Origin: Gammaproteobacteria bacterium
GTDB lineage: Bacteria; Pseudomonadota; Gammaproteobacteria; Magnimaribacterales; TMED112
NCBI GenBank assembly: GCA_045563435.1
Contig: JBJLJD010000002.1
Coordinates: forward strand, 17,992 to 81,991
Direction: 5' to 3'
Length of the DNA: 64,000 bases
The stretch's first letter is position 1; the number at the start of each line of letters is the position of its first letter. A program made the translations under genes and the position numbers. The notes below the pieces were generated by a model, which did no database searches, was not told the DNA's origin, and was given only the letters and a program-made list of their open reading frames with translations. Below are positions 1 through 15,142 of the stretch, piece by piece.

Positions 1-629
1 AAAATGGCAACTTAATGATTTTCTCTTGTGACCGATATCCAAAAGAAATAGAGGGCCTTGAAGAAAGGCTTAAGTCACGTTTTGGATGGGGGTTATCTGC
101 TGTAATAGACCCTCCAGCACTTGAAACAAGAGCTGCAATATTAATGCAAAAAGCAAACGATATAGGTCTATCTCTTTCAGATGAATGTGCCTTTTTTATT
201 GCAGACCAGGTTAAGTCAAATGTCCGAGAGCTTGAAGGAGCTCTTACAAGGGTTGCAGCTAATGCTCGTTTTACAAATGCCGAAATTGATATTGATCTAA
301 TAAAAAACTCATTAAGAGATATTTTAGCGATACAGGCTAGAATGGTGACAATTCCAAATATTCAAAGAGTTGTTGCAGAATACTATAACATCAGAGTTTC
401 AGATCTTCTTTCTTCAAGAAGAAGCAGGTCTGTAACTAGACCAAGGCAAATTGCAATGTCTTTAGCTAAGTCATTAACAAACCATAGCCTCCCAGAAATT
501 GGTGAGTCTTTTGGAGGTAGGGACCATACGACAGTAATACACGCATGTGAAAAAGTTAAAGAACTAATGCAAACAAATTTAGAAATCGAAGAAGATTTCA
601 AAAAGTTAAGAAGACACCTTTCAGCGTAA
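1..629 (+). CDS. dnaA: Chromosomal replication initiator DnaA, C-terminal ~208 aa only (gene starts upstream of the window; frame is open from base 3)
   Basis: Frame stays open to the window edge (NGNL precedes the listed Met). AAA+ sensor-2 [10 protein letters not shown] and domain [17 protein letters not shown]. Followed by dnaN-recF-gyrB. Confidence 0.95.
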   Translation, partial: NGNLMIFSCDRYPKEIEGLEERLKSRFGWGLSAVIDPPALETRAAILMQKANDIGLSLSDECAFFIADQVKSNVRELEGALTRVAANARFTNAEIDIDLIKNSLRDILAIQARMVTIPNIQRVVAEYYNIRVSDLLSSRRSRSVTRPRQIAMSLAKSLTNHSLPEIGESFGGRDHTTVIHACEKVKELMQTNLEIEEDFKKLRRHLSA

Positions 630-630
630 A

Positions 631-1724
631 ATGAAATTTAATCTTGAAAAAAAAGATATAGATTCAGCACTATTATCACTTTCAGCAGTTTCAGATAAAA
701 AACAAACGCTGCCTGTTTTAAGCAATATTTTAATCAAAGCAGATGCAAATCGTTTAAATATGTTAAGCACAGACTTAGAAATAGAATTAGAAATGGATGT
801 TGAAAATGTTGTAGTTGAGAAACCAGGAGAAATTACAATACCAGCAAAAAAAGCAAGCGATATAGTTAAAGAACTCCCAGATGGCAACATATCTTTTTCA
901 TTGGAAGAAGGAGAGAAATTTAAAATTAAAACTTCCACTGGCGAATACAATCTTGTAACAATGGAAGCTTCAAGTTTTCCCGAATTTTCATCTACTGAAA
1001 TTGATAATGCACATGAAATTAATTCAGAGGAATTGATAGAACTTTTTCAAATGACAAGCTTTGCAATGGGCAACCAAGATTGGAGACATTATCTTAATGG
1101 AACATATATTGAATGTGCAATGGGGGCACTTAAAATGGTAGCTACAGACGCTCACAGACTCGCAATGTATAAAAAAGAATTTAACTCTGAAGCAGAGTTT
1201 AGTGGAATTATCCCAAGAAAAACCTGTATGGAACTTATGAGAATACTTCCCAAAGAAAATAAGAAAATTAAGTTTTCTATTGATCAAAATAGAATCGTTT
1301 TTTCTTCATCTAGTTTTATTTTTAAATCAAAATTAATTGATGCAAATTTTCCAAATTACAACCAAGTAATTCCTTCTGGAGATTCTATTGAAATTAAAGT
1401 AAACAGAGAAGAATTGCTTGATATTGTTTCAAGAGTTTCAGTCTTATCAAATGACAAATTTAAAGGCGTGAAACTTAAGTCAGAAGGAAATTTATTAAAA
1501 ATATTTTCTAGTAATAACGATCAAGAATCAGCAGAGGAAGAGCTTCAGCTTGAGGTTGCAAATGAGGGATTTGAAATTGCATTCAATGTTAACTACTTAC
1601 GAGAAATGCTAAACACTATTGAAGACAAAAGTATAACTATACAGAGTTTTGGTAATGAAAAGAGCGCTCTAATGAAAACCACAAATAATAATAGAGTTTT
1701 AGTCTTAATGCCAGTACGCCTTTA

Positions 1725-1725
<1 letters not shown>
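631..1725 (+). CDS. dnaN: DNA polymerase III beta sliding clamp
   Basis: 364 aa, starts 2 nt after dnaA, typical C-terminus LMPVRL, canonical dnaA-dnaN-recF position. Confidence 0.93.
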
Positions 1726-6044
<4,319 letters not shown>

Positions 6045-6084
6045 TTTTTTAATTAACTATAAGAGGTATTCTAGTATTTTAAGA

Positions 6085-6903
6085 ATGTTTCTCATAATTT
6101 TTAAAACAATATCTATGTTTCCATTATTTTTAATCAATGGAATCTCGTTAGCTATTTCAATATTACTCTTTAGATTAAATAGTCCACAAAAAAGAGTAAC
6201 TGAAAGAAATTTAAATCATTGTAATTTGGCTTCAAATAAGCTTTTAAGATTATCCATAGACAAAACCTCAGAAAGCATGATGTATTATCCATACGTCTGG
6301 GGCAATCCAAAAAATTACTCGAAGCTGATTGAAAAATATAATCCTGATCAAGAAATTTTTTTAAAGAGTGAAAGTAAATTAATTTTCACTCTTCACATGG
6401 GGTGTGTTGATGTGATGCTAAATCTGCTTTCTGAGGAAATTAAAGAACTTGATATTATCTATACTCCAGCAAAGAATAATGAGCTTGATAAGATCATTAG
6501 GACATCAAGAACTTTTTTCAAAGCAAACATGATCCCCGCAAATGAGAAGGGCATGATTCAGCTTTACAAGAATTTTTTAAATAAGAAAAGTTTAGCAATG
6601 GCATCTGATTTAGTACCACATAATTTTAATGGAAAATACTCTAAATTCTTTGGTAAAAAATGTTTCAGCATTGATCTAATAGAAAAGCTTTCTAAAAAAG
6701 GCACACACAACATATATTTTGTTTACTTTTCAAAAAGTTTACAAAAAAAATATAAATTTAATGTAATAAATATTGGTAAGCAATTGACAACTGATGCCAT
6801 GAATCAATATTTTGAGAAGGCTATAAAAGAATCTCCAGAACTGTATGGATGGGAATATAAAAAGTTCAGAAAATTAGATAAAGAAAAAAGAAATATTTAT
6901 TAA
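6085..6903 (+). CDS. Lipid A biosynthesis (Kdo)2-lipid IVA acyltransferase family protein (LpxL/HtrB-like)
   Basis: N-terminal TM helix, RVTERNLNHC near the N-terminus, and an HX4D acyltransferase motif (HMGCVD). Family-level call from memory of the LpxL/LABLAT pattern. Confidence 0.55.
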   Translation: MFLIIFKTISMFPLFLINGISLAISILLFRLNSPQKRVTERNLNHCNLASNKLLRLSIDKTSESMMYYPYVWGNPKNYSKLIEKYNPDQEIFLKSESKLIFTLHMGCVDVMLNLLSEEIKELDIIYTPAKNNELDKIIRTSRTFFKANMIPANEKGMIQLYKNFLNKKSLAMASDLVPHNFNGKYSKFFGKKCFSIDLIEKLSKKGTHNIYFVYFSKSLQKKYKFNVINIGKQLTTDAMNQYFEKAIKESPELYGWEYKKFRKLDKEKRNIY

Positions 6904-8336
6904 TTCCTCCAAAAAGAGGGAAACAATAATAACAAAAAACCAAAAATCTCAAGCCGCCCAATAATCATTGCTAAAGAAAGTGTAATCTTTCCGGCTGGCT
7001 CTAAACTAGAATAGTTATCTGAAAATTGTCCAAGACCAGGCCCAAGATTATTTAACGTTGCGCTTACAGCAGAGAAAGCAGAATAAAAATCAATATTCTG
7101 AAGCATTAAAACAATCAAGAATAGAATTGCAATAAGAACATAAATTGCAACAAAAGAGAAAACAGACTCAATTTGCTTTTGCTCAATTTTTTCACCATTA
7201 AATTTTATAGTGCTGACTGCAGTAGGGTGCATAATTTTAGTTATATTATCAAAGGCTAATCTAATTAGAATATTTATTCTCCATGCCTTAATGCCCCCTC
7301 CAACTGATCCTGAGCAAGCACCTACAAAGGATAAAAGCATGATTAATATAGGCAATAAAATGCCCATATTATCAAGGTCAGTAATAGTAAATCCTGTTGT
7401 TGTAATTATTGATATAGTTTGAAATATTCCATATCTCAGTGACTCACTTAAACCTATTTTCTCATTAAATAGTAAGACCAAGACAGAGAATATTGTCGCT
7501 GCAAGAATAAGCAATAAAAAGAATTTAAATTCATCATTTTTTACATAAAATTTAAAGTCTTTTTTTAGCAAGAATAAAAAATGTAATCCAAAATTTGTTG
7601 CAGATATTAATATGAAAATAATTGCTATGCCCTCAATTAGGGGACTATTAAAATGTCCAAAATTATCATCATAAATAGAGAATCCCCCAATCGAAACAGT
7701 ACTAAATGAATGGGATATAGCCTCAAAATAACTCATCCCAGCAAGCCAATAAGAAATAGCGCAAAGGATTGTAATTCCTAAATAAAATCTAAGTAGTGAT
7801 CTTGCTGTCTTTTTAAGCCTTGGAGAAAAGCTATTCTCGGCAAAACCAGATGTTTCAGCTTGAAGTATTCTAATTCCACCAGAGGCTGCTGGTATTATTG
7901 CAAGAACAACAATTATTAAGCCAACACCTCCTGCCCATTGAAGCAGTTGTCTATAAATAAGAAGAGACTCCGATAATGAAGAAAGATTAGATATTGTTGT
8001 TGAGCCGGTGGTTGTAAGACCAGAGACAGCCTCAAATATCGAATCTGCATAATTCATTCCACTAAAGAAGAATGGAAGAGAAGCTAGAATAGAAACAAAA
8101 ACCCAACCAAAAAATGTAATTAAGAAACCATCTCTGGGGGTATAGATAAATTTTTTTCTTCTGAGAGTAATCTCAATTAAAATTCCATAGATCAAACAAC
8201 TTATAAAAAGTGATAAAAAAATTATTTCCACCTGTGATGCAAAAGCCTGCATAGTTAGAGGCGGTAAAATTACAAATGTTGCAAAAAACAATGTTAAGGG
8301 ACCTAAGAATCTTAAAAATTTTAGAAAACTAATCAT
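6900..8336 (-). CDS. trkH: Trk-type K+ uptake membrane subunit TrkH
   Basis: 478-aa polytopic membrane protein with pore-loop-like repeats (SGLTTTGSTT, IITTTGFT). Directly downstream of trkA with a 4-nt overlap. Confidence 0.88.
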   Translation of the reverse strand: MISFLKFLRFLGPLTLFFATFVILPPLTMQAFASQVEIIFLSLFISCLIYGILIEITLRRKKFIYTPRDGFLITFFGWVFVSILASLPFFFSGMNYADSIFEAVSGLTTTGSTTISNLSSLSESLLIYRQLLQWAGGVGLIIVVLAIIPAASGGIRILQAETSGFAENSFSPRLKKTARSLLRFYLGITILCAISYWLAGMSYFEAISHSFSTVSIGGFSIYDDNFGHFNSPLIEGIAIIFILISATNFGLHFLFLLKKDFKFYVKNDEFKFFLLLILAATIFSVLVLLFNEKIGLSESLRYGIFQTISIITTTGFTITDLDNMGILLPILIMLLSFVGACSGSVGGGIKAWRINILIRLAFDNITKIMHPTAVSTIKFNGEKIEQKQIESVFSFVAIYVLIAILFLIVLMLQNIDFYSAFSAVSATLNNLGPGLGQFSDNYSSLEPAGKITLSLAMIIGRLEIFGFLLLLFPSFWRN

Positions 8337-9673
8337 TTAAATCTGTTATAAAACTCATCAAAAGCTTTTTTATCCTTGTAAAAAATTATTAGATGGTCTC
8401 CCTCAAGAAGCTCTGTTTCTTTATGGGCTATAACTACACTTTCTCCTCTTTGCAGACAGGGAATCTCAATAGAGTCTCCCATCTCTAATTCACTTATTTT
8501 TTTGCCTTTTAGGCCCTTAGCAGAATTATCAATAGTTATTTCTAAAACTTCCGCTTTTCCTTTTTTAACTTTATGAACATTCGAAACAGAACCTTTTCTT
8601 ACATATTTTAAAATATATGAAACAGTTATTTGTACTGGCGAAATGATGATGTCTAGCTCATTTTTGCCAACCAGATCAAAGTAGGCATCATTATTGATAA
8701 TGGTGATAGTTTTTTTTGCTCCTAATTTTTTCGCCATTAATGAGCACAAAACATTTGTTTCATCATCTTGGGTAACAGCTACATAAACATCACATTCTGT
8801 AATACCTTCATTAGCTAAGAAATCCTTATCTGCTGCATCAGCATTTAAAATTAGAACATCATCTAGCAGATCAGAAGCAATCTTGCTTTGTTCTGAATCT
8901 TTTTCTATTACCTTTAAGTTAAAGTCATTATTTATTTTAGAAGCCAATGACGTGCCAATATTACCTGCACCGACAACATAAATATTTTTGTACTTGTCTT
9001 CAAGTTTCTGAAGCTCTTGGGTGACGTCCTCGATATGCTTTTCATCAGCTATAAAAAAAACCTCATCTCCCTCTAATATAGTTGTATCACCTGTCGGTAT
9101 TATGAGGTTTTCATCCCTGTAGAGAGCAGGAATACGAGTTTCATAATCAGGCAAATCATTATTTAATTCTTTTATTTGGCGACCAACTAATATGCCGCTT
9201 TTTTTTGCGTAGACACTTACAAGCTTAATTTTTCCTTCAGCAAAATCTACAATTTCAAGAGCGCCAGGATGTTTTAAAAGACTCTTTATTTCATCAGTAA
9301 TGAGATCCTCAGGATTAATGAAAAAATCAACATTACTTGCAATTTTCTTAGCGATTTTTTTGTATTCAGATCCTTTTAATCTGCAAATTATTTTCTTCAC
9401 ATCAAATCTTGCATTTGCAATTATTGATGCCAAAAGATTTATTTCTTCTGAATCTGTAAGGCAAAGAAGTAAGCTGTTTTCATCTAAGTTGCTTTTAGAG
9501 AGGGTGTTAGGAGAGGTGGCATTCCCAAGAACTGTTTTAATTCCTTCTTTTGATTTGAGTGGCTCAAGATTAGCTTCATTGTTGTCTATTACAACAATGT
9601 CATTATCTTCGGTGGATAACTCTGTAGCAACGCTGCCACCTATCGAACCACCACCAAGTATGATTATTTTCAA
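8333..9673 (-). CDS. trkA: Trk system K+ uptake NAD-binding subunit TrkA
   Basis: Two KTN/Rossmann repeats (IIILGGGSIGGSVA and IYVVGAGNIGTSLA). 446 aa. Confidence 0.9.
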   Translation of the reverse strand: MKIIILGGGSIGGSVATELSTEDNDIVVIDNNEANLEPLKSKEGIKTVLGNATSPNTLSKSNLDENSLLLCLTDSEEINLLASIIANARFDVKKIICRLKGSEYKKIAKKIASNVDFFINPEDLITDEIKSLLKHPGALEIVDFAEGKIKLVSVYAKKSGILVGRQIKELNNDLPDYETRIPALYRDENLIIPTGDTTILEGDEVFFIADEKHIEDVTQELQKLEDKYKNIYVVGAGNIGTSLASKINNDFNLKVIEKDSEQSKIASDLLDDVLILNADAADKDFLANEGITECDVYVAVTQDDETNVLCSLMAKKLGAKKTITIINNDAYFDLVGKNELDIIISPVQITVSYILKYVRKGSVSNVHKVKKGKAEVLEITIDNSAKGLKGKKISELEMGDSIEIPCLQRGESVVIAHKETELLEGDHLIIFYKDKKAFDEFYNRFK

Positions 9674-10611
9674 ATCAAATTTTCCTTAAGAGAAATTATA
9701 TCTCTTTTTGAATTAAAGAAATCATTTGATGAAATTACTTTTTTGCCTGGAAACTGAACACTTTTTAAATTTATCGCTCCTTTTTTACAGCAAACTGTCA
9801 TGCCATCTTTATTGAAAGAGGAAATTTCCCCCGGATTACCAGTGATAGTTTTAATATTCTCTATGTTTACTGCTCTTACTAATTCATCATTTAATTTAAA
9901 ATAGCTACCTGGCCACTTTTTGAATGCTAAAAAATTTCTTAATACCTGAGACGAATCTATATTCCAATCTATCAACCCTTCTTCTTTTTTGACCTTATCG
10001 GCATATGTTGCTTTTTCTTCTTCTTGAGTTTCAGGTATTATTTTTTCCAAACAAATTTCAATAATAGTATTCCCCAAATTCATATTGGTAATTTCAACTA
10101 ACTTTTTCTCTAGAGTGTAAATATCTTGGCCATGATTCTTTGTAAAAAAGGTTTTATATATTCCTCCTGTATCCAGTTTTTCCTCTATTTTCATAAAACT
10201 TACTCCAAAGCTTTTATCACCACTCGCGATAGCTCTTTGCATAGGCGCTGCACCTCGCCATTTCGGCAATATAGAAAAATGAACGTTTAAACAGCCATAT
10301 TTAGGATATTTCAAGAGCCAGCTTGGTAAAATTTTGCCATAGGCCACAACAATAAGAAGATCTATGTTGTGATTAAGAATAATTTTTTTAAAATCATCAT
10401 CATTTAAGTTCTCAGGCTGGAGAACCCTATATATCCCTTTTTTTTCTAAAAACTTAGAACTCTTGATCTGAGCACCTCTGCCAGCTTTTTTGTCAGTTTG
10501 AGTGAGAATAAAGTTTATTTGAAAATCTTTCTTAGATAATTCCTCGAATATATCGAATGCAATTTCAGGGGTACCTGCAAAAGCTATATTTATCTTTCTA
10601 TTTTTTTTCAT
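9670..10611 (-). CDS. fmt: Methionyl-tRNA formyltransferase
   Basis: HFSILPKWRGAAPMQRAI matches the Fmt active-site region. Lies downstream of def. Confidence 0.93.
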   Translation of the reverse strand: MKKNRKINIAFAGTPEIAFDIFEELSKKDFQINFILTQTDKKAGRGAQIKSSKFLEKKGIYRVLQPENLNDDDFKKIILNHNIDLLIVVAYGKILPSWLLKYPKYGCLNVHFSILPKWRGAAPMQRAIASGDKSFGVSFMKIEEKLDTGGIYKTFFTKNHGQDIYTLEKKLVEITNMNLGNTIIEICLEKIIPETQEEEKATYADKVKKEEGLIDWNIDSSQVLRNFLAFKKWPGSYFKLNDELVRAVNIENIKTITGNPGEISSFNKDGMTVCCKKGAINLKSVQFPGKKVISSNDFFNSKRDIISLKENLI

Positions 10612-11104
10612 CTTTAAGCTTCAAAAGCTTATTTCTAATTCTATTCCTCTTTAAAGACGATGAATAATCTACTAATAATTTTCCGTTTAGATGATCAATT
10701 TCATGCTGTATGCAAAAACCTAATAAACCCTGCGCAGTTAACTCTTTATCTGAACCATTTAAGTCTTGGTATTTTAATTTTATCTTCTTTGCTCTTTTAA
10801 CTTCCTGCCTAAAAGAAGGAATTGATAAGCAACCTTCTTCCGACAATTCAAGAGTATCATCTAAAATTTCATAATCAGGATTTACTATATATAAAGGACT
10901 GCTTTTGTCCTCAGATAAATCAATTACAATTAATCTCTTGTGGATGTCTACTTGAGTTGCAGCTAGACCTATACCTCTATCTTCATACATTGTATGCAGC
11001 ATATCGGATGCCATAGATTTTAATTCATCGTTAAAATCTACAACTGGTTCAGCAGTTTTCCTTAACCTTGGGTCAGGAAATGTTAAAATGTTTAACTTAT
11101 TCAT
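10598..11104 (-). CDS. def: Peptide deformylase
   Basis: All three PDF motifs are present: GIGLAATQV, EGCLS, QHEIDH. Confidence 0.95.
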   Translation of the reverse strand: MNKLNILTFPDPRLRKTAEPVVDFNDELKSMASDMLHTMYEDRGIGLAATQVDIHKRLIVIDLSEDKSSPLYIVNPDYEILDDTLELSEEGCLSIPSFRQEVKRAKKIKLKYQDLNGSDKELTAQGLLGFCIQHEIDHLNGKLLVDYSSSLKRNRIRNKLLKLKDEKK

Positions 11105-11125
11105 TTTTGTTATTATTAATATTAT

Positions 11126-11623
11126 ATGGACGAAATTAAAGTTTCTGTAATTCTTGGTTCTGATTCAGATGTTGAATTGGGAAAAGCTGCTATTAATTCC
11201 TTGAAAGATTTTTCAATTCCTTGTGAATTAAAAGTCATATCTGCCCACCGCTCTCCGGATGTATTGGTAGATTATTTGAAAAATTCAAAAGATAGAGGCT
11301 GTAAAGTTTATATAGGAATTGCCGGCATGGCAGCACACTTGGCTGGTGCTATTGCCGCAAATTCAGCAAGTCCAGTTTTAGGAGTTCCATCAGCAAACAG
11401 TTCGTTGAATGGCTTGGATGCAATCTTATCCACATTACAAATGCCCGCAGGTGTACCAGTAGCAACTTTTGCAGCTGGAAAGGCTGGTGCAACAAATGCT
11501 GGGATTTTCGCTGCACAGATGTTAGCAGCGAGCGATGGCGACTTAGCAGAAAAAATTAACTCTTTTAAAGCAGAGTTAAGAGAGAAAACTATTCTCAAAG
11601 ATAAAAATCTTGATAGAGACTGA
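11126..11623 (+). CDS. purE: N5-carboxyaminoimidazole ribonucleotide mutase
   Basis: VILGSDSD and GIAGMAAHLAG motifs. 165 aa. Confidence 0.92.
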   Translation: MDEIKVSVILGSDSDVELGKAAINSLKDFSIPCELKVISAHRSPDVLVDYLKNSKDRGCKVYIGIAGMAAHLAGAIAANSASPVLGVPSANSSLNGLDAILSTLQMPAGVPVATFAAGKAGATNAGIFAAQMLAASDGDLAEKINSFKAELREKTILKDKNLDRD

Positions 11624-12131
11624 CAAGATATCTTTAGCAGCAAGTTGGATTAAAGAAAAAAAAATCATTGCTTATCCAACAGAGGGAGTTTGGGGTATTG
11701 GCTGCATTAACAATGAATCTGTAATATCAAAATTAAGTGAAATTAAACAAAGACCTGAAGATAAAAAATATATTCTACTTTTCAAAAGTGTTGACGATTT
11801 AAGGAAAAAATTTGATGTGAAAAAAGATTACATCAAACAAATTAAAGAACTTTCAAAAAGTTTTACAACAATTATTGTTCCTTTAAATGAAAATAACAGT
11901 ATTGCGGTAAGAATTCCAAAAATAGAAATTCTTCATGATTTACTTGAAGAGGTTGGTGAAGAAATTGTTTCTACATCAGCAAACATATCATCTTTAAGTG
12001 TGTGTAAAAATGTTGAACAAATTAAAACAGTTTTTTCTAATAAAATTTTTGGTATTCTTAACCTCCCTTTAGGTGGAGAAAATAGATCATCAAGAATTTA
12101 TGATTTAAAGACAGATACATATGTTAGATAA
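11610..12131 (+). CDS. tsaC: L-threonylcarbamoyladenylate synthase, YrdC/TsaC type
   Basis: YPTEGVWGIGC (YrdC-fold signature). 173 aa. Conserved neighbourhood with hemF and aroE. TTG start overlaps the end of purE. Confidence 0.8.
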   Translation: MIETDKISLAASWIKEKKIIAYPTEGVWGIGCINNESVISKLSEIKQRPEDKKYILLFKSVDDLRKKFDVKKDYIKQIKELSKSFTTIIVPLNENNSIAVRIPKIEILHDLLEEVGEEIVSTSANISSLSVCKNVEQIKTVFSNKIFGILNLPLGGENRSSRIYDLKTDTYVR

Positions 12132-13005
12132 AATAGCAGAAAACTTTCAAGAAATTCATAAATTACTAATAGATAAATTTTATTGTCATGAACACAAAGA
12201 AAAAATTATAGTTGATAAATGGGAAAAAGAGTCATTAGGTCGCGGCATTTCAGTTGTTGTAGATTGTGGTAAATTTTTCGATAAAGCGGGAATTAATTTC
12301 TCGCAAATTTCTGGCAATTCTTTGCCCAGATCATCTGTTGGAGGTGAGGGGTATAAAGACGCTCCATATTTTGCAACTGGAGTTTCAGTTGTCTTTCATC
12401 CTAAAAACCCAAACATACCAACTTCACATCTGAATGTAAGGTACTTTGCGACTTTCAATGAGAAAAATGAAATTAATGAAGAATGGTTTGGAGGAGGTTT
12501 TGACTTAACACCTTACGTTCCATTTGAAGAAGATTGTAAATCATGGCATCAGCAAGCCCAAATTGCGTCAAAAAATAAATACCAAGAATGGAAAAATAAT
12601 TGTGATGACTATTTCTATTTAAAACATAGAAACGAGCATAGAGGTGTTGGTGGTATTTTTTATGAAAAACAAACATTTGAAAAATCTGAACAAGGATTAC
12701 AGTTGTCCAAAAGTGTTGCAGAGTCTTTTTTAACGGGATACAACAATATTTTAGATAAAAGAAAAGACCTTGAGTTTACAGAAAGACAAAAAGAGTTCCA
12801 GATATTTAGAAGAGGAAGGTATGTTGAATTTAACCTTTTGTATGACAGGGGAACTTTATTTGGACTTCAATCTGGAGGAAGAATAGAGTCAATTTTAATG
12901 TCTCTGCCAAGTGAAGTTTCATGGCGCTATAAATTTGACCAAAATCTAAATAGTGAGGAGCAAAAACTTTACAACTTAATATCCAAAAAGCATCAATGGA
13001 TATGA
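12121..13005 (+). CDS. hemF: Oxygen-dependent coproporphyrinogen III oxidase
   Basis: TSHLNVRYF and YVEFNLLYDRGTLFGLQSGGRIESILMSLP are HemF hallmarks. Confidence 0.93.
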   Translation: MLDKIAENFQEIHKLLIDKFYCHEHKEKIIVDKWEKESLGRGISVVVDCGKFFDKAGINFSQISGNSLPRSSVGGEGYKDAPYFATGVSVVFHPKNPNIPTSHLNVRYFATFNEKNEINEEWFGGGFDLTPYVPFEEDCKSWHQQAQIASKNKYQEWKNNCDDYFYLKHRNEHRGVGGIFYEKQTFEKSEQGLQLSKSVAESFLTGYNNILDKRKDLEFTERQKEFQIFRRGRYVEFNLLYDRGTLFGLQSGGRIESILMSLPSEVSWRYKFDQNLNSEEQKLYNLISKKHQWI

Positions 13006-13769
13006 AATATAAACTAGGGGTTCTTGGCAAAGGAATTTCTTATTCATTATCACCTGAAATTCATAATTTCTTCGCTAAACAAAGCAATATTGATATTGAA
13101 TATAAAATTTTTGACATAGAAAAAGACTCATTGTCTTTTATAAATAATTTTTTTAAAAATGGTGGACACGGTTTAAATATAACTCAACCATTTAAAGAGG
13201 AAGTGGGAAAATTCTATAATGCGCCACCTTCCAATATTCTCTACAAAATCGATAATGAAATAAAAGCTGACTCAGTCGATGCAGAGGGACTTTTCACTGA
13301 TTTATCAAAAAAAAATATTAGGGTAAATTCTGGTACAAGAATTTTGTTACTGGGACTAGGTGGTGCTGGAATCTCAATAATTAATTCTTCATTATTTAGC
13401 AAATGTAATTTTATAGTGTGGAATAGATCTAATAACAAATATAAAAAAATCCAAAGGGATTTTTTAGAATTTAAAAATAATTATGATAAGAAAATTGACC
13501 TTGTAATTTCATGTGTTTCAGAAATGAATAATGAAATTTTTGAGATTATTTTGAACACAAACTTTCAAAAATTTGCACACATATATGATATTAATTATAA
13601 AAACGAAACAAATATGCATTACAAGAAAATTTCTTTGAAAAAAAATACATGTTTTAATTCAGGTGAAGGCATGCTAATTGAACAGGCTGCACTTTCATGG
13701 AACAGATGGTTTGGTTATAAACCTGATACTTCTGATGTTAAAGTAAGAATTGAAAATGAAAGGTTATAA
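12996..13769 (+). CDS. aroE: Shikimate dehydrogenase
   Basis: GKGISYSLSPEIHN, LNITQPFKEEV, and NADP loop GLGGAG. Lies downstream of tsaC and hemF. Confidence 0.85.
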   Translation: MDMKYKLGVLGKGISYSLSPEIHNFFAKQSNIDIEYKIFDIEKDSLSFINNFFKNGGHGLNITQPFKEEVGKFYNAPPSNILYKIDNEIKADSVDAEGLFTDLSKKNIRVNSGTRILLLGLGGAGISIINSSLFSKCNFIVWNRSNNKYKKIQRDFLEFKNNYDKKIDLVISCVSEMNNEIFEIILNTNFQKFAHIYDINYKNETNMHYKKISLKKNTCFNSGEGMLIEQAALSWNRWFGYKPDTSDVKVRIENERL

Positions 13770-13920
13770 ATTTATTGCTGGAGCTATATGTCCCTCTTGT
13801 AAAGAGCAGGATAGCATAGTTCTTAAAGATGATGATTCCGAAGTTAAATGTATTTCCTGCAGCTATTTTCAGCTTAGGGATGATAAAGATCTTGAATCTA
13901 TTAAAATAATGAATGATTAG
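13756..13920 (+). CDS. YheV-family small zinc-ribbon protein (54 aa, absent from the ORF track)
   Basis: Hand translation: MKGYKFIAGAICPSCKEQDSIVLKDDDSEVKCISCSYFQLRDDKDLESIKIMND. It has two CxxC pairs and the FIAGAxCPxC opening of E. coli YheV. The ATG overlaps the last 14 nt of aroE. Confidence 0.7.
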   Translation: MKGYKFIAGAICPSCKEQDSIVLKDDDSEVKCISCSYFQLRDDKDLESIKIMND

Positions 13921-13982
13921 AAGTGACTATTAGTGTCGTTTATTACTCGACATAAGAGATATTTATAGTAATATATGCGTAA

Positions 13983-15134
13983 ATGAGGATCAAGTTAGGG
14001 CTTTTCTTATTATTTATAACATCTTTTTACACATCAGCTGATTGGCTAGATGTGAATATGCCCGTGGGCGTAACGGACATCAGTAAAGAGGTATTTGACC
14101 TTCACATGGCTATATTTTTCGTTACAGTAGCTATAGGCGTTATTGTATTTGGTTTTATGTTTTACTCCATGTGGCGCTATAGGAGAAGTAATAATAAAAA
14201 ACCGGCTAAATTTAAAGAAAATCATAAACTTGAGATACTCTGGACAGTAATACCAACTTTAATTCTTGTTGCAATGGCTGTTCCAGCTTCTATTACATTG
14301 AAGAAAATATATGACCATGAAGCTGAAGAAGGCGGTATGGACATTCAAGTAGTTGGCTGGCAATGGAAGTGGCAATATAAGTATTTAGATGAGCAGGTAG
14401 GTAACAAGCCTTTAAGTTTTTTTGCTAACTTAACTACTCCTCCAGAGCAGTATGAATACAACAGAGTAGAAAAGGGTGAGAATTATTTGCTTGAAGTTGA
14501 TGAAGAAGTAGTGGTGCCAGTAAATACTCCAATAAGATTTTTAATAACAAGTAATGATGTTATCCATTCATGGTACATGAGTGACTTTGCTGTCAAGCAA
14601 GATGCTATACCAGGTTTTATAAATGTTGCAAAAACAACAATTAACGAACCTGGTATTTACAGAGGAAATTGCACAGAACTTTGTGGTGAAAGACATGCCT
14701 ACATGCCAATAGTGGTGCGTGCAGTTACTAAAGAAGAATACGATGAATGGGTTGCAGAAAAAAGAGATGCAATGGAGCAACTAGCTTTTTTGACAGAAAA
14801 AGAATGGACCGCTGATGAGCTGTACACTCAAGGCGAAGAAATATATAAAACTCGTTGTGCAGCATGTCATCAAGTTAATGGAGCAGGAATTACAGGTTTT
14901 TATCCAGCATTGGCCGGTAGTGACGTTGTAATGAATGATAAAACCGGCCAAATAGAAATCCTTATGGAAGGAATTAGAGGAAGCCAAATGCAATCTTTTG
15001 CAGAGCAGCTTAATGAAGTTGACATGGCAGCAGTAATAACTTTCACAAGATTAGCTTGGAACAATGATAAACAAGGCGATGGAACAATTGTTGTTCCTAA
15101 AGATATTGTTGATTATAAAAAAGGAGATTTATAG
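13983..15134 (+). CDS. coxB: Cytochrome c oxidase subunit II with a fused C-terminal monoheme cytochrome c domain
   Basis: CuA site [13 protein letters not shown] and C-terminal heme c motif CAACH. Two N-terminal TM helices. Confidence 0.93.
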   Translation: MRIKLGLFLLFITSFYTSADWLDVNMPVGVTDISKEVFDLHMAIFFVTVAIGVIVFGFMFYSMWRYRRSNNKKPAKFKENHKLEILWTVIPTLILVAMAVPASITLKKIYDHEAEEGGMDIQVVGWQWKWQYKYLDEQVGNKPLSFFANLTTPPEQYEYNRVEKGENYLLEVDEEVVVPVNTPIRFLITSNDVIHSWYMSDFAVKQDAIPGFINVAKTTINEPGIYRGNCTELCGERHAYMPIVVRAVTKEEYDEWVAEKRDAMEQLAFLTEKEWTADELYTQGEEIYKTRCAACHQVNGAGITGFYPALAGSDVVMNDKTGQIEILMEGIRGSQMQSFAEQLNEVDMAAVITFTRLAWNNDKQGDGTIVVPKDIVDYKKGDL

Positions 15135-15142
15135 GAGTAATT

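Noticed and set aside
621-950. Antisense ORFs of 60-129 aa listed in the track inside well-supported genes. Examples: 621-950 (opposite dnaN), 9300-9689 (trkA), 11308-11643 (purE), 36201-36539 (pgk), 46266-46631 (phoD), 37494-37790 (fba).
   Set aside because: Each lies fully within, and opposite to, a CDS with strong family motifs. Their translations are low-complexity (Ser/Leu/Phe/Ile-rich) and have no recognisable motifs. In AT-rich DNA with strong codon bias such shadow ORFs are expected.
11426-11434. A perfect consensus DnaA box TTATCCACA inside purE. A near-match (GTTATCCAC on the minus strand) lies near 9612 in trkA.
   Set aside because: These are single isolated 9-mers inside coding sequence. 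Roughly one chance occurrence is expected in 64 kb on two strands. There is no cluster, no AT-rich unwinding element and no spacer, so this is not an origin.
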